Below are positions 10,069-18,686 of a stretch of DNA of 64,000 bases, in pieces. Origin of the DNA: an uncultured Ruminococcus sp. (GTDB lineage: Bacteria > Bacillota > Clostridia > Oscillospirales > Ruminococcaceae); assembly GCA_949291125.1 (NCBI GenBank), contig CASEUJ010000016.1:67946-131945 (forward strand), in the 5' to 3' direction. The translations under genes and the position numbers were made by a program. The notes beneath the pieces are model-generated. The model had not been told where the DNA came from. It did no database searches and saw nothing but the letters and a program-made list of their open reading frames with translations. Within the stretch, counting starts at the first letter, position 1. Each line of letters opens with the position of its first letter.

Positions 10069-10689
10069 TTAATAATGCATTGCCTCAAGGCAGTACCAAG
10101 AGCCGCCGATTTTTACGACGGTGATTTCGGTTTCTTCTGTCTTTACATCGTCGCCGCCGTTAGCTTCCATGCGGATCTTGACCTCATAGGTGACAGCGTC
10201 TTTGATTTTGATGTCATAGAGTTCTTCGAAATAGTCGCTCAGATCTTCGACATCGTCCTTATCCCAGTCCTCGGTGTCCTGGAATGTGACCTTGATGGAG
10301 TCAATATCTTGAAATTGGTCGTCCATTTCATCCTGTAATTCCTCTTCCATCTCCCTGCGGGACATATCTTCCTCATCCATGAATTGGTCGACAACTTTGT
10401 CAGGAATGCAGTCCATCATCCTCCCAGCATCGCATTTTTCAATGGCATTGAAATAGTCTTTGACAGCGTTCTTCTTGCTATTGCCGCCAAATACGCCGAA
10501 AATCAGCACCAGAATCATCACCACAGCAACTATAATGCAGATCAGCACAATAACTCTCTGAGTTTTAGACAATTTGGAAAATCCGCTTGAACCAGGCGCA
10601 CCGCTTGGCATGGACTCCTGTTTTGCTCCGCATTGAGGGCAGAATGCCGCATCATTTGTAAGCGGCGATCCGCAATTTGTACAATTCAT
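10069..10689 (-). CDS. zinc-ribbon single-TM membrane protein with acidic C-terminal domain
   Basis: CTNCG...CPQCG, one hydrophobic helix, acidic C-terminal domain ending GGSWY; SD AGGAG. Confidence 0.8.
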   Translation of the reverse strand: MNCTNCGSPLTNDAAFCPQCGAKQESMPSGAPGSSGFSKLSKTQRVIVLICIIVAVVMILVLIFGVFGGNSKKNAVKDYFNAIEKCDAGRMMDCIPDKVVDQFMDEEDMSRREMEEELQDEMDDQFQDIDSIKVTFQDTEDWDKDDVEDLSDYFEELYDIKIKDAVTYEVKIRMEANGGDDVKTEETEITVVKIGGSWYCLEAMHY

Positions 10690-10770
10690 TTTACTTCTCC
10701 TCTCAGTGGTATCATAAATTTGTATTATGAAATTCTACCTATTCCATCATAACACAGAAAGAACATATTG

Positions 10771-11361
10771 TCAATCTTTTTTCTTTCTATCACGCTTTTT
10801 TTCGTGTCTTAGCCGCCGGTCGGATTTGACGCGTCGCCGAAGTTCGGAAAACGCCGCACCCTCTCCATGGCTTGCCAGCAGTTCTAACAGCTCCATAAGT
10901 TCATCAGCAGTTTCCTTGTGCAGTTCACCACGCTTGCGCGCTGAGGAATTCTGGAAATAGGTGAGCGGACAGGTAGTGTCATAGCGCTCTTTATTATAGA
11001 TCTTGCTTGCTGCAACACGGTCGCAGAACATTTCTGCCAGATATCGCATGGGCATGCGTACGGGATCGACGCGCTTTGTGATGGGATTATAGTCACACCA
11101 ATATTCAAAGTGATGTCGATTCCTACCCTTGTGATGCATCCACGCAAGAGAATAACCGAGATCTTCGCGTTCCGCCTCATTGGGACTGCGTCTGCCGCCC
11201 TGATAATAGCGAACTCCTTGGCAGAATTCTGTTGGGCTGTACTTAGAAAGATCGTGGCGCAGTCCCTGCCAGAAGATCCCTGCCTTCCAACAGTGACGGA
11301 TCACTGTATGGCGATGTCGGGTGATGGTCGAAAGATGTCCCCAAAATGCCTTCCATTGCAT
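10771..11361 (-). CDS. DUF5662-family HD-like protein
   Basis: HDLSKYSPTEF, HHKGRNRHHFEYW, EMFCDRVAA; SD AGGAGG. Confidence 0.8.
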   Translation of the reverse strand: MQWKAFWGHLSTITRHRHTVIRHCWKAGIFWQGLRHDLSKYSPTEFCQGVRYYQGGRRSPNEAEREDLGYSLAWMHHKGRNRHHFEYWCDYNPITKRVDPVRMPMRYLAEMFCDRVAASKIYNKERYDTTCPLTYFQNSSARKRGELHKETADELMELLELLASHGEGAAFSELRRRVKSDRRLRHEKKRDRKKKD

Positions 11362-11621
11362 GTCGGCGCCTCCTTTTTGATTGCATTCTATGTTTTAGTA
11401 TAGGACATTCCGGGAAAAAAGTCAAGCAGAACCAATTAGGACGACAGGGATTACGAATGAAGGGCATTTCGCCAAAAAATCCGCGAATACACAAAGTATT
11501 CACTCCGGTTTTTTTGTTTTATCTGACGCACATCTCTGTGTGGTATTGCCAGAGGAATTTCAGCGGATAGCAAGCAAAAACGATGTGATAAAATTTCTTC
11601 TTAAGATTTACATTTTATTCA

Positions 11622-11650
11622 TTGACAGATGCGCATTGGCGTGCTATAAT
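11622..11650 (+). promoter_or_regulatory. sigma-A promoter
   Basis: Perfect TTGACA-17-TATAAT with TG extension. Confidence 0.75.
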
Positions 11651-11783
11651 CAATTGAAAATTGAATATAGCATATGGTTTTATTGGAAACGCACATCCTC
11701 TGGATGATTAACGAACAACACATCGATTGGAATTTTTTCAATTTTTGGAAGTGATTTTGTTATGATTCAGGAGGTTGTTTTTT

Positions 11784-12245
11784 ATGCCCAAAAACAAATT
11801 TCAGGATGTTGTATTTACGGCGATCATGGCGACTATCATGGTTTATGGCATGATCGTATATAACATTGCACTTGCAAGCGGACAGGTTCGTGGATTTATT
11901 TTTCTGGAGGCACTCAAAGAGCTGTATATCATGGCGCCGATCGCCTTTGTGTTGGAATTTTTCATCGTCGGAAAGATCGCACGCCATCTTGCCTTCAAAG
12001 TTATGCGCCCGGATGACAGACCCCAGTTGATCACCTATGCGATCTCCATTTGCATTTGCTGTATTATGTGCCCAGTGATGAGCCTGATCGCTACAATTTT
12101 GTTTCAGGAAATCTCGTTTGGAACATTTGTCCGGACATTTGCGCTGAATTTGCCTTGCGCAATTTTGTGGCAAATGCTCTATTGCGGACCATTGGTGCGC
12201 TTGATTTTTCGGATGATTTTTCGCGAAAAGCGGCATGTCGGATAA
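11784..12245 (+). CDS. DUF2798-like 4-TM membrane protein
   Basis: MPKNKFQ..VFT.IMA..MVYGM..YN; two similar helical-hairpin halves; SD AGGAGG. Confidence 0.75.
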   Translation: MPKNKFQDVVFTAIMATIMVYGMIVYNIALASGQVRGFIFLEALKELYIMAPIAFVLEFFIVGKIARHLAFKVMRPDDRPQLITYAISICICCIMCPVMSLIATILFQEISFGTFVRTFALNLPCAILWQMLYCGPLVRLIFRMIFREKRHVG

Positions 12246-12470
12246 GAAAATTTGTGAACATTGACATTGTGCCTGAAGACGCTGTGTCTGTGTCATATAT
12301 TGTTGTTATGGATTAGTTTCCCTTTATGTTTGCCATCGTGTTTTGGATACACGGTGGCTTTGTTTTTGAGGGTACTCTGGTGAAAATACCACATTGCCTG
12401 TTGTAATTTTCGGAAAAGTATGTTACAATAAGAACAGTTTGTACAACCATAAAAGGAGAACAGAAGAATT

Positions 12471-14387
12471 ATGCTGGTTCGCATGACAGATGTCCATAAA
12501 TTTTATCAGGGAAATCCTGTGTTATCTCACGTTTCACTGACGGTTGAGGATCACGACCGCATTGGTTTGATCGGTGTCAATGGTTCGGGGAAGTCGACGC
12601 TTTTGCGGATTTTGACCGGCAGGGAGCTGCCTGACCATATAACGGAAGGGGATAGTGATATCGCTCTTTCTGCAAAAACCTCGATCGGCTATCTGGAACA
12701 GATGGGCGGTCTGGACGGCGAGAACACTGTCTGGGATGAAATGCGTGGAGTTTTTCAAAAACTGTTGGATACGCAGCAGCGTCTGCATGAACTGGAATAT
12801 GCGATGCAGTCCGGCGATTTGTCCGGCACGGATGAATATCATCGGCTGCAAACATGGTTTGAAAATAACGATGGCTATCAGATCGATGTAAAGATTCGCA
12901 CGGTTCTCGACGGTATGGGATTTGCACCGGCAACATATAATCGCATCATTTCAGGGTTTAGCGGTGGCGAAAAGACGCGCCTTGCGATTGCAAAACTGCT
13001 GCTCGAAGCACCCAATCTCCTGATTCTGGATGAGCCGACCAACCATCTTGACTTTAAGACCGTGATGTGGCTGGAGGATTATTTGGCGGACTATCCTGGC
13101 GCATTGCTTTTGGTATCCCATGATCGCTATTTCCTGGATCGGCTCTGTACCAGTATCTGTGAGATCGAACGTGGTAGGCTGACCCGGTATAAGGGTAACT
13201 ACACGGCATTTACTAAGCTTAAGGAAGCGGCTGTGGCAAGACAGTGGAAAGAATATGAGATGCAACAGAAGGAGATCGCGAAGCTCGAGGATTATGTGGC
13301 GCGGAATCTAACGCGTGCTTCTACGGCGAAAAGTGCCCAAAGCCGCGTGAAACAGCTCGAAAGGATGGAGCGCATTGAAAAGCCTCTGTCTCCACCGAAA
13401 CAGGCGCATATCCAGTTCCAGTATGATGCGACGCCTCCAGAGGAACTCTTAAAAGTTCAGCAGATCGATGTGGCAGTGGGCAGTGGTGCCGAACGGAAAA
13501 TGCTCATGCCGGAAGTGTCTTTTGAAGTGCGCCGGGGAGAAAAGTGGGGCATCATCGGCGATAACGGTGTCGGGAAGTCCACGTTGCTGAAAATTCTACA
13601 GGGAAAACTGCCCCACGAAGGACGAATCCGCTGGACAAGCAACGTGAAGATTTCTTATTTTGAGCAGGAGAGCACCAACCTTCACCCGCAGAAAACAGTG
13701 ATGCAGGAGATCCACGACCGTGTGCCGTCCTGGACAGATTTAGAGGTGCGAAAGCTTTTGGGGCAGGTGCGGCTGACTGGGGAAAATGTTTTTAAACCAG
13801 TCGGGGTGCTCAGCGGCGGAGAACGGGCAAAAGTCTGTTTTGCGGTCATGATGTTAGAGCGAGGAAATGTCCTGATTCTGGACGAACCGACCAACCACCT
13901 CGATATTGCGATGAAGGAGATCATCGAAGATGCCATGGAAACATTTGATGGCACCATTCTCTTTGTTTCCCACGATCGCTATCTTTTAGACCGCGTGGCA
14001 GATCATATCCTCGAACTCCGAGCCGACGGTACGGTGACGACATATACCGGAGGATTTTCCGCGTGGATGGAAGCGCAGCAGAAATCGCAGCAGTCTCAGC
14101 CGGAGTCGGAAAAATCAAGCTCTGATATGTCCGCAGAAAAGCCGGTGTATCGTTCGAAGAAACAGCGTGCGCAACAGGCAAAGCTGCGTGCTCAGATGCG
14201 CAGTTTGGAACACGATCTTGACCAGATGCAGCAGGAACTCGATGAGCTGACGCAGGAATTGACCGATCCGGCAGTCAGCAGTGATTATCAGCGAATGCAG
14301 GAAAAGTGTCAACGTATGGATCAGATTCGGATGCAGATGGATGAAATCATGGAACAGATGATCAAACTGGAAGAGGAACTCGGCTAA
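12471..14387 (+). CDS. ABC-F family ribosome-associated ATPase (Uup/YdiF-like, C-terminal coiled coil)
   Basis: Two ABC domains (GVNGSGKS, FSGGE, LDEPTNHLD; GDNGVGKS, LSGGE); no TM segments. Confidence 0.92.
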   Translation: MLVRMTDVHKFYQGNPVLSHVSLTVEDHDRIGLIGVNGSGKSTLLRILTGRELPDHITEGDSDIALSAKTSIGYLEQMGGLDGENTVWDEMRGVFQKLLDTQQRLHELEYAMQSGDLSGTDEYHRLQTWFENNDGYQIDVKIRTVLDGMGFAPATYNRIISGFSGGEKTRLAIAKLLLEAPNLLILDEPTNHLDFKTVMWLEDYLADYPGALLLVSHDRYFLDRLCTSICEIERGRLTRYKGNYTAFTKLKEAAVARQWKEYEMQQKEIAKLEDYVARNLTRASTAKSAQSRVKQLERMERIEKPLSPPKQAHIQFQYDATPPEELLKVQQIDVAVGSGAERKMLMPEVSFEVRRGEKWGIIGDNGVGKSTLLKILQGKLPHEGRIRWTSNVKISYFEQESTNLHPQKTVMQEIHDRVPSWTDLEVRKLLGQVRLTGENVFKPVGVLSGGERAKVCFAVMMLERGNVLILDEPTNHLDIAMKEIIEDAMETFDGTILFVSHDRYLLDRVADHILELRADGTVTTYTGGFSAWMEAQQKSQQSQPESEKSSSDMSAEKPVYRSKKQRAQQAKLRAQMRSLEHDLDQMQQELDELTQELTDPAVSSDYQRMQEKCQRMDQIRMQMDEIMEQMIKLEEELG

Positions 14388-14589
14388 ATTCTGGAGATTT
14401 TTCCGGTATCTTCTTTGAGTTTGCGCATGTTTCATAAAACTGAACAGATCAGGTGTGCCAATTTTGTGAAAAACACATCTTGCATCCAGGGTAAAAATCC
14501 TGTATGATAAGAAAGAATGATAAAATCATGTAAGTGCTATGTGCAAAGCAGCATTTTATCAGAATATATGCAGAAAAGAGGAAATTCTC

Positions 14590-15396
14590 ATGATGAAGAT
14601 GAAAAAGCTTTTGGCATTTCTGCTGGCGTCTGGCATGATGTGTGCGGCTTTCACTGCATGCGGCGATGACGATAGCAGCAGTGAGACTGAGTCCAGTGTA
14701 ACAGAAGAGTTCAGCGAAGCAGAAGAGTCCAGTGTAACAGAAGAGTCCAGCGATGCGGAAGCGTCTAGCGATGCAGATGCAAGCGAGAACGAAAGCTCGG
14801 TAAGACAGGTACAAACGCAGGAATTTGAAGAAGCTGTTGTACCGCAGTCTGGCGATGCATATCTGAGTGTCGTAGATGGTCAGTGGTGGCTTCAGTACTT
14901 CGGCAACGATACGGACTATCTGACTTATGATGCAGGTGTTGTGCCGATCACCGGCAATGGTGATTATACCGTAAGCGTAACTTGTGACACTGACGCAATC
15001 CGTTATGACACAACTGGTGATGCAAATGGCGAACTGGTCGCAAATGGTTCGGCATTCATGGCAGTACAGATCCTTGACGGTGCAGACGTTTGCCCGAATG
15101 CGATCATTACGATCAACAGCGTAAAGGTAGATGGTGCAGAAATTGCACTGACCAAGCAGAGCTATACCAACACTGAGACTGCTGAAGTGGGCGGCGAAGA
15201 GCACAACAACATCCGTGCAAATATCTACAATGAGTGGGTTTCGGACGACGCACTGCCGGATGATGCAAGAAGTGCTGAGGGAAATTTGTCCGAGCTGGCA
15301 GATACTTCTGCTTATTCTGCACAGATCATCGATAATACCCAGATCGGCGACTGGACGACCATTGAGGTTGACTTTACGATTTCCGGCATGGAATAA
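14590..15396 (+). CDS. lipoprotein with acidic Ser/Glu linker and beta-rich, aromatic, possibly carbohydrate-binding domain
   Basis: MKKLLAFLLA...FTAC lipobox; linker; ITGNGDYTVSV-type domain; SD GAGGA. Confidence 0.8.
   Translation: MMKMKKLLAFLLASGMMCAAFTACGDDDSSSETESSVTEEFSEAEESSVTEESSDAEASSDADASENESSVRQVQTQEFEEAVVPQSGDAYLSVVDGQWWLQYFGNDTDYLTYDAGVVPITGNGDYTVSVTCDTDAIRYDTTGDANGELVANGSAFMAVQILDGADVCPNAIITINSVKVDGAEIALTKQSYTNTETAEVGGEEHNNIRANIYNEWVSDDALPDDARSAEGNLSELADTSAYSAQIIDNTQIGDWTTIEVDFTISGME
14689..14760 (+). repeat. 36-bp in-frame tandem duplication in the lipoprotein linker
   Basis: gagtccagtgtaacagaagagttcagcgaagcagaa / gagtccagtgtaacagaagagtccagcgatgcggaa (ESSVTEEFSEAE / ESSVTEESSDAE). 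Confidence 0.85.
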
Positions 15397-15416
15397 GCCA
15401 TACATGATCCGATCAT

Positions 15417-15459
15417 AAAAAAATAACCGCCTGCGTGGGTTTCCATACGGGCGGTTTTT
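15417..15459. terminator. bidirectional intrinsic terminator
   Basis: AACCGCC...GGCGGTT stem flanked by A- and T-tracts between convergent genes. Confidence 0.7.
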
Positions 15460-15463
15460 GCGG

Positions 15464-16168
15464 TTATGTTTCTCCTAAGTATTCTTCCAAACAGATTTGT
15501 TTGTCGTATATCTCTTTTGCTGCATCTGGGCCGACATAGCGATAATGCCATGGCTCGTAAGAGATCCCGGTGATTTCGGTCTTATCCGCCGGATAGCGCA
15601 GGATAAAGCCATATTCCCACGCATGCTCTGCCAGCCATGCATAGACCTCCTCGTTGGTGGAGATCGATTTATCGGCGTTGATGTCTACGGCAAGTCCCAA
15701 CTGATGTTCACTATAACCGGGCTGTGCCACAAGGTCTGCCGCAAGGGATTCCGCCTCTGACTGGCTGTAACCTTCAGCAAGATATGCGTCGATCTGATCG
15801 CGCATCATATCGCGCTGCTGTTGCTCCGTGCGGTATCCTTCTCCCACGACCGGTTCAATCCCTTCGGCGCGCATGGCGTCAAACATTTCCTGCAAAGCCG
15901 GATAAATGCGTGAATCAACTTGCTTGCCGTTGGAAAGGGTGGTGAGTTCTGGTGTCTCTCCTTTTGGGAGCGCATGATCTGCGTTGACGAGAACGAGGTT
16001 CCAGTCCGTATTCGATGTGTGGTCAAAAAATGAAAAACCGACATCCGACACGATTGGGATCGTACGGCGTTGGATACAGGCGTAGAGCATTGCCACCAGT
16101 AAGAAACCTATTAATAATGTAACAGCAATCCACAACTGTGGCCGCTTTTTTCGTGTGTGATATGTCAT
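15464..16168 (-). CDS. M15B D-Ala-D-Ala carboxypeptidase (VanY-like), N-terminal membrane anchor
   Basis: GYRT, SEHQLGLAVD (SxHxxGxAxD), EPWHYRYVG. Confidence 0.9.
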   Translation of the reverse strand: MTYHTRKKRPQLWIAVTLLIGFLLVAMLYACIQRRTIPIVSDVGFSFFDHTSNTDWNLVLVNADHALPKGETPELTTLSNGKQVDSRIYPALQEMFDAMRAEGIEPVVGEGYRTEQQQRDMMRDQIDAYLAEGYSQSEAESLAADLVAQPGYSEHQLGLAVDINADKSISTNEEVYAWLAEHAWEYGFILRYPADKTEITGISYEPWHYRYVGPDAAKEIYDKQICLEEYLGET

Positions 16169-16203
16169 GATCCAGACCAACTCCTTTTGCGGGCAGCAAA
16201 TCA

Positions 16204-16247
16204 AAGGCGCCCTGTTATGGTCTTATTATACCATAACAGGGCGCCTT
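16204..16247. repeat. perfect 17-bp inverted repeat whose loop contains a minus-strand TATAAT
   Basis: aaggcgccctgttatgg-tcttattata-ccataacagggcgcctt. Confidence 0.9.
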
Positions 16248-16274
16248 GGTGTATTTCATTTTCTCTGCATAAGC

Positions 16275-16312
16275 CATACAATTTTCTTGGGAAATTCATA
16301 CGTTTTTCTTAC
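16275..16312 (-). promoter_or_regulatory. putative OmpR/VanR-type direct-repeat binding site upstream of the vanY-like gene
   Basis: Minus-strand GTAAG, GTATG, CCAAG, GTATG pentamers; plus-strand starts 16308, 16297, 16286, 16275 (exact 11-bp period). Confidence 0.6.
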
Positions 16313-17642
16313 GAAGAGGAAGCCGGACGGTAAAGGTTACCGTTTCATCGGCACTTTCTGCTGTAATGGTGCCGCCATGGAGGGAAACGATCTGTTTTGC
16401 GATGGCAAGTCCGAGTCCTGCGCCACCCGTAGAAGTGGCACGGGATGTGTCCACGCGGAAGAACTGTTCAAAAATGCGGCTGAGTTTTTCCGGCGCAATG
16501 GTCTTTCCATGGTTTTGTATGCATAAAATAGCTTCGTCTTCTGCTACGGTCAGGGTGATATGGATCACTGTGCCGGCGTAGCTATAGCTGATGGCATTGC
16601 GGATGAGATTATCGATGACGCGTTCCAGTTTATCCGGGTCACATTGCAGCATCACATCCGGCGCAAGCCTCAGATCCCAGCGCAGATCGTGTTGGGATAG
16701 GATCGGCTGAAACTCAAAGGTAATCTGTTCCAGCATGCGCGTCAGACAGATTGTTTCGATTTCCAGTTCCATGTGGGTCAGCTGAAATCGGGTGATCTCG
16801 AAAAATTCCTGCACCAATGTTTCTAAGCGCTCTGCTTTTTGCAGGGCAATATTTGTATATTTTGCGCGCATTTCCGGCGGCAGTTCCGGCGACTCTTGTA
16901 GCAGCGTCAGATAGCCGATCACACTGGTAAGCGGTGTTTTCAGATCGTGCGCCAGATAGACCACAAGATCATTTTTACGCTGTTCCGCTTCTTTTGCTGC
17001 GGCAACATTGCGATTTGATGTCTCTCGCAGACGGTTATATTCGTCCTGAACCGATTTGATTGCATCCGGCAGCGTGATTGGCTGTTCAGGATGTTCTTCC
17101 AGCTGTTGTGTTGCCTGCGTCAGTTCCAACAGATAAGAAAACGGCTTTTTTAGCCAGTAGATCGTTAGTCCGACCCAACCTCCAAGCATACCAATGGGAA
17201 ACAGAATATTAACGAGCAGATCGAATATCGCTTGCTGCATACGCATGCCGTCGCGCCAGACAAAGACTGTCTGGACATAATATTGTAATATATAGATCAC
17301 CAGAAAAAATGCCGCCCAGAAAATGAGCATACTTGTAAAGTATTGCAGGATCGTACGGCGCTTTAAGCGGCGGATGGCAGTAATGCGGTTTTGTGCGGAA
17401 GGCGGTTTTGGCCTGCGGAAATAAAAGCGATAGATCAGATATCCCCATCCGCTTAGCAATAGGCACGGCGCAGCGACATATTGCGCAAATTTCATGAGCA
17501 GATAGAGCGAATCGGTCGGATACCAGATAAATGCACGGCTGAAACAATATCCAGCGATATAAAGCATTGCTAACACCGCTGTGAAGCCTAGCATTGCCGC
17601 AGCAAAGCGCAGCGTTTTGGATTTCAGATGTAATTTATGCAA
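16296..17642 (-). CDS. sensor histidine kinase, VanS-like, with duplicated 2-TM input module
   Basis: EAEQRKNDLVVYLAHDLKTPLTSVIGYL H-box, N/F/G boxes; TTG start overlapping the regulator's 3' end. Confidence 0.9.
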   Translation of the reverse strand: MHKLHLKSKTLRFAAAMLGFTAVLAMLYIAGYCFSRAFIWYPTDSLYLLMKFAQYVAAPCLLLSGWGYLIYRFYFRRPKPPSAQNRITAIRRLKRRTILQYFTSMLIFWAAFFLVIYILQYYVQTVFVWRDGMRMQQAIFDLLVNILFPIGMLGGWVGLTIYWLKKPFSYLLELTQATQQLEEHPEQPITLPDAIKSVQDEYNRLRETSNRNVAAAKEAEQRKNDLVVYLAHDLKTPLTSVIGYLTLLQESPELPPEMRAKYTNIALQKAERLETLVQEFFEITRFQLTHMELEIETICLTRMLEQITFEFQPILSQHDLRWDLRLAPDVMLQCDPDKLERVIDNLIRNAISYSYAGTVIHITLTVAEDEAILCIQNHGKTIAPEKLSRIFEQFFRVDTSRATSTGGAGLGLAIAKQIVSLHGGTITAESADETVTFTVRLPLRKKNV

Positions 17643-18327
17643 TGGTATATCCCACTCCCCATACGGTTCGGATGAATTTCGGTTTGCGTGGCGGCTCCCC
17701 CATCTTTTCCCGGAGTCGTGCAATATGTGTCATGACAGTATTGTTGCTGTCTAGGTATTTTTCACCCCAGACAGCTTCAAACAATTCTTCAGACGAGACC
17801 ACTGTACCTTTGTGGGTACAGAGATACCAGAGAATCTCAAATTCAATGGGCGTCAGCTGCAATGTCTTACCATATAATGTACATGTATGTGCCGCATGAT
17901 CTACCACAAGTCCGTCGCAGTCATAGAGATCTGGTGAAGTCGGTGGTGTACCGGTATTGTAGCGTGTATAACGGCGCAACTGGGTCTTCACGCGAGCAAC
18001 AAGTTCCAGAGGATGAAATGGCTTTGTGATATAGTCATCTGCGCCAAGCGTCAGACCGGTGATCTTATCGGTTTCTTCGGATTTTGCCGTGAGCATAATG
18101 ATTGGAAAGAGATAGCGTGCGCGAATCTTCTGGCACAGTGAAAATCCATCCAGATCCGGAAGCATTACATCGAGCAATGCAAGCGAGATCGGCATGCGCT
18201 CACAGATCCGGAGTGCATCCGCAGCAGTGATAGTCTTTTGGACGCAGTAGCCTTCATTTTTCAGGTAGACTTCGATCAGATCAGTGATCGCAGTTTCATC
18301 ATCGACAACGAGTATGGTTTCCGGCAT
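17635..18327 (-). CDS. OmpR-family response regulator, VanR-like
   Basis: ILVVDD, LDVMLP, GADDYITKPF, NNTVMTHIARLREK...IRTVWGVGY; SD AAGGAG. Confidence 0.93.
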   Translation of the reverse strand: MPETILVVDDETAITDLIEVYLKNEGYCVQKTITAADALRICERMPISLALLDVMLPDLDGFSLCQKIRARYLFPIIMLTAKSEETDKITGLTLGADDYITKPFHPLELVARVKTQLRRYTRYNTGTPPTSPDLYDCDGLVVDHAAHTCTLYGKTLQLTPIEFEILWYLCTHKGTVVSSEELFEAVWGEKYLDSNNTVMTHIARLREKMGEPPRKPKFIRTVWGVGYTIA

Positions 18328-18618
18328 GTGCACACTCCTTTTATTCATAAAATGTCTATTTTTGTAGTAGCTGTTTTTTCTATTATAGCACAGTTGGGTA
18401 TGATTTTCAAGAGTCGGCTGGCAAAATCAGGGCAACAGCATTTACGTGCAAATTTATGGGATCATGTACACATTGAATCGCGTATTTCGAAGATACAAAG
18501 GAATTGGCGATAAAAACATATTATTCTGGCGCTAGTGGACGTGGTGCAGGAAGAATTTTTGTATGAGTAAAGCCAATGTCACTATAATGCTGTTGCCCTG
18601 ATCTCTTTCATGCATGCC

Positions 18619-18647
18619 TTGACATCCGGTCTTGTTTGTTTTATAAT
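18619..18647 (+). promoter_or_regulatory. sigma-A promoter of the Sel1 gene
   Basis: TTGACA-17-TATAAT. Confidence 0.7.
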
Positions 18648-18686
18648 AAGTATCACGATTTGATACAAGAAAGGAGGAACGTACAG

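Noticed and set aside
12471-14387. ABC-F as an antibiotic-resistance (ARE) gene
   Set aside because: No leader or attenuator visible; the C-terminal coiled coil and context fit a housekeeping Uup/YdiF type; phylogeny would be needed
14449-15405. 318-aa antisense ORF opposite the lipoprotein
   Set aside because: Shadow of codon bias on the coding strand; no SD and no recognisable motif
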